Origin: Candidatus Bathyarchaeota archaeon
GTDB lineage: Archaea; Thermoproteota; Bathyarchaeia; Bathyarchaeales; Bathyarchaeaceae
DNA: 64,000 bases
Assembly: GCA_963697165.1 (NCBI GenBank)
Contig: CAVOMX010000012.1
Location: forward strand, 32,001 to 96,000
Reading direction: 5' to 3'
In this document: piece by piece, positions 63,433-64,000 of the stretch
How positions within the stretch are numbered: position 1 is the first letter of the stretch
Layout: every line of letters begins with the position of its first letter
Made by a program: the position numbers and the translations under genes
The notes under the pieces: model-generated
What the model was told of the DNA's origin: nothing
Seen by the model: only the letters and a program-made list of their open reading frames with translations
Databases searched by the model: none

Positions 63433-63592
63433 CATCTCTGTGTGAGACGTTCTAAAACTGTAAGCCTAGCCTTTTAATTGACTAGGCACACCATCATCTC
63501 TTCTTTGATAAAACTTCAAATTTTTTGGCTGAAAAGAAAAGCTTTATTTGTCCGCTATACTTTAATCGAGTTTCTTGTAAACGGTGGTTCCT

Positions 63593-64000
63593 ATGGGAAA
63601 GGAAAAACTAAAGATCGCTTTTTATTGGGCGGCTAGTTGTGGAGGCTGCGAAGTAGCTGTTCTTGACGTCAACGAAAAAATCTTAGACGTCGTTGCAGCT
63701 GCTGACATTGTATTCTGGCCTGTAGCGATTGACATCAAATACAAAGATGTCGAAGCTATGCCAGACAAAAGCATAGACGCATGCTTCTTTAACGGCGCAA
63801 TAAGAACCGAAGAAAATGAAAAGATGGCGAAACTCCTAAGACAGAAATCAAAGATTCTTGTGGCCTTCGGCTCATGCGCCAACGATGGATGCGTAAAAGG
63901 TCTCGCGAATCTTTGGACCAAAGATGATGTCTTTGAGCGAGCATATCTTGAAACTCAATCAACTGTGAACCCTGAATCTGTTTTGCCTAAAACACGTGTC
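63593..64000 (+). CDS. mvhG: Group 3 [NiFe]-hydrogenase small subunit, MvhG-like (partial, runs off the window end)
   Basis: My translation: MGKEKLKIAFYWAASCGGCEVAVLD...FFNGAIR.EEN...LR.KSKILVAFGSCA..GC..GLANL. Confidence 0.88.
   Translation, partial: MGKEKLKIAFYWAASCGGCEVAVLDVNEKILDVVAAADIVFWPVAIDIKYKDVEAMPDKSIDACFFNGAIRTEENEKMAKLLRQKSKILVAFGSCANDGCVKGLANLWTKDDVFERAYLETQSTVNPESVLPKTRV

Noticed and set aside
1..64000. CRISPR arrays, rRNA, transposases, defence systems
   Set aside because: No regularly spaced repeats, rRNA-like sequence or diagnostic ORFs were seen

Overview
Archaeal chromosomal segment, most likely TACK/Bathyarchaeia (inferred from TFE-beta, the KEOPS genes, the rps15-DHH-pcc1 order, a BHB-intron tRNA and the general gene set; not confirmed by a search). 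Housekeeping genes include taw1, a translin/TRAX homolog, cysS, thiI, rio2, an Sm protein, ahcY, pyrH, tRNA-Leu(CAA) with intron, psmB, rlmE, kae1/bud32/pcc1, rdgB and rps15. Three elements stand out. (1) A complete TPP riboswitch directly upstream of the ECF thiamine S-component thiT, with the aptamer 3' end forming the ribosome-binding site. (2) A ~14 kb aromatic-acid/amino-acid module (DUF6125, aromatic amino acid decarboxylase, aspartate kinase, PaaI, LivKHMGF, IorAB, PaaK, ACT) lying between pyk and a bacterial-type pfkA, whose IorA carries an in-frame ~130 aa polyferredoxin insertion. (3) A lipoate-assembly cluster (Lpl/LipM, LipS1, LipS2, GcvH, thioredoxin, YgbA-like protein, flavin-disulfide reductase) running into an MvhG-type hydrogenase subunit, with no glycine-cleavage P/T genes in the window. 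Many genes, including conserved housekeeping ones, are split by single-base indels that most likely reflect sequencing or assembly error. A few genes with in-frame stops and deletions look like real pseudogenes. No CRISPR array, integrase, transposase or rRNA was seen.
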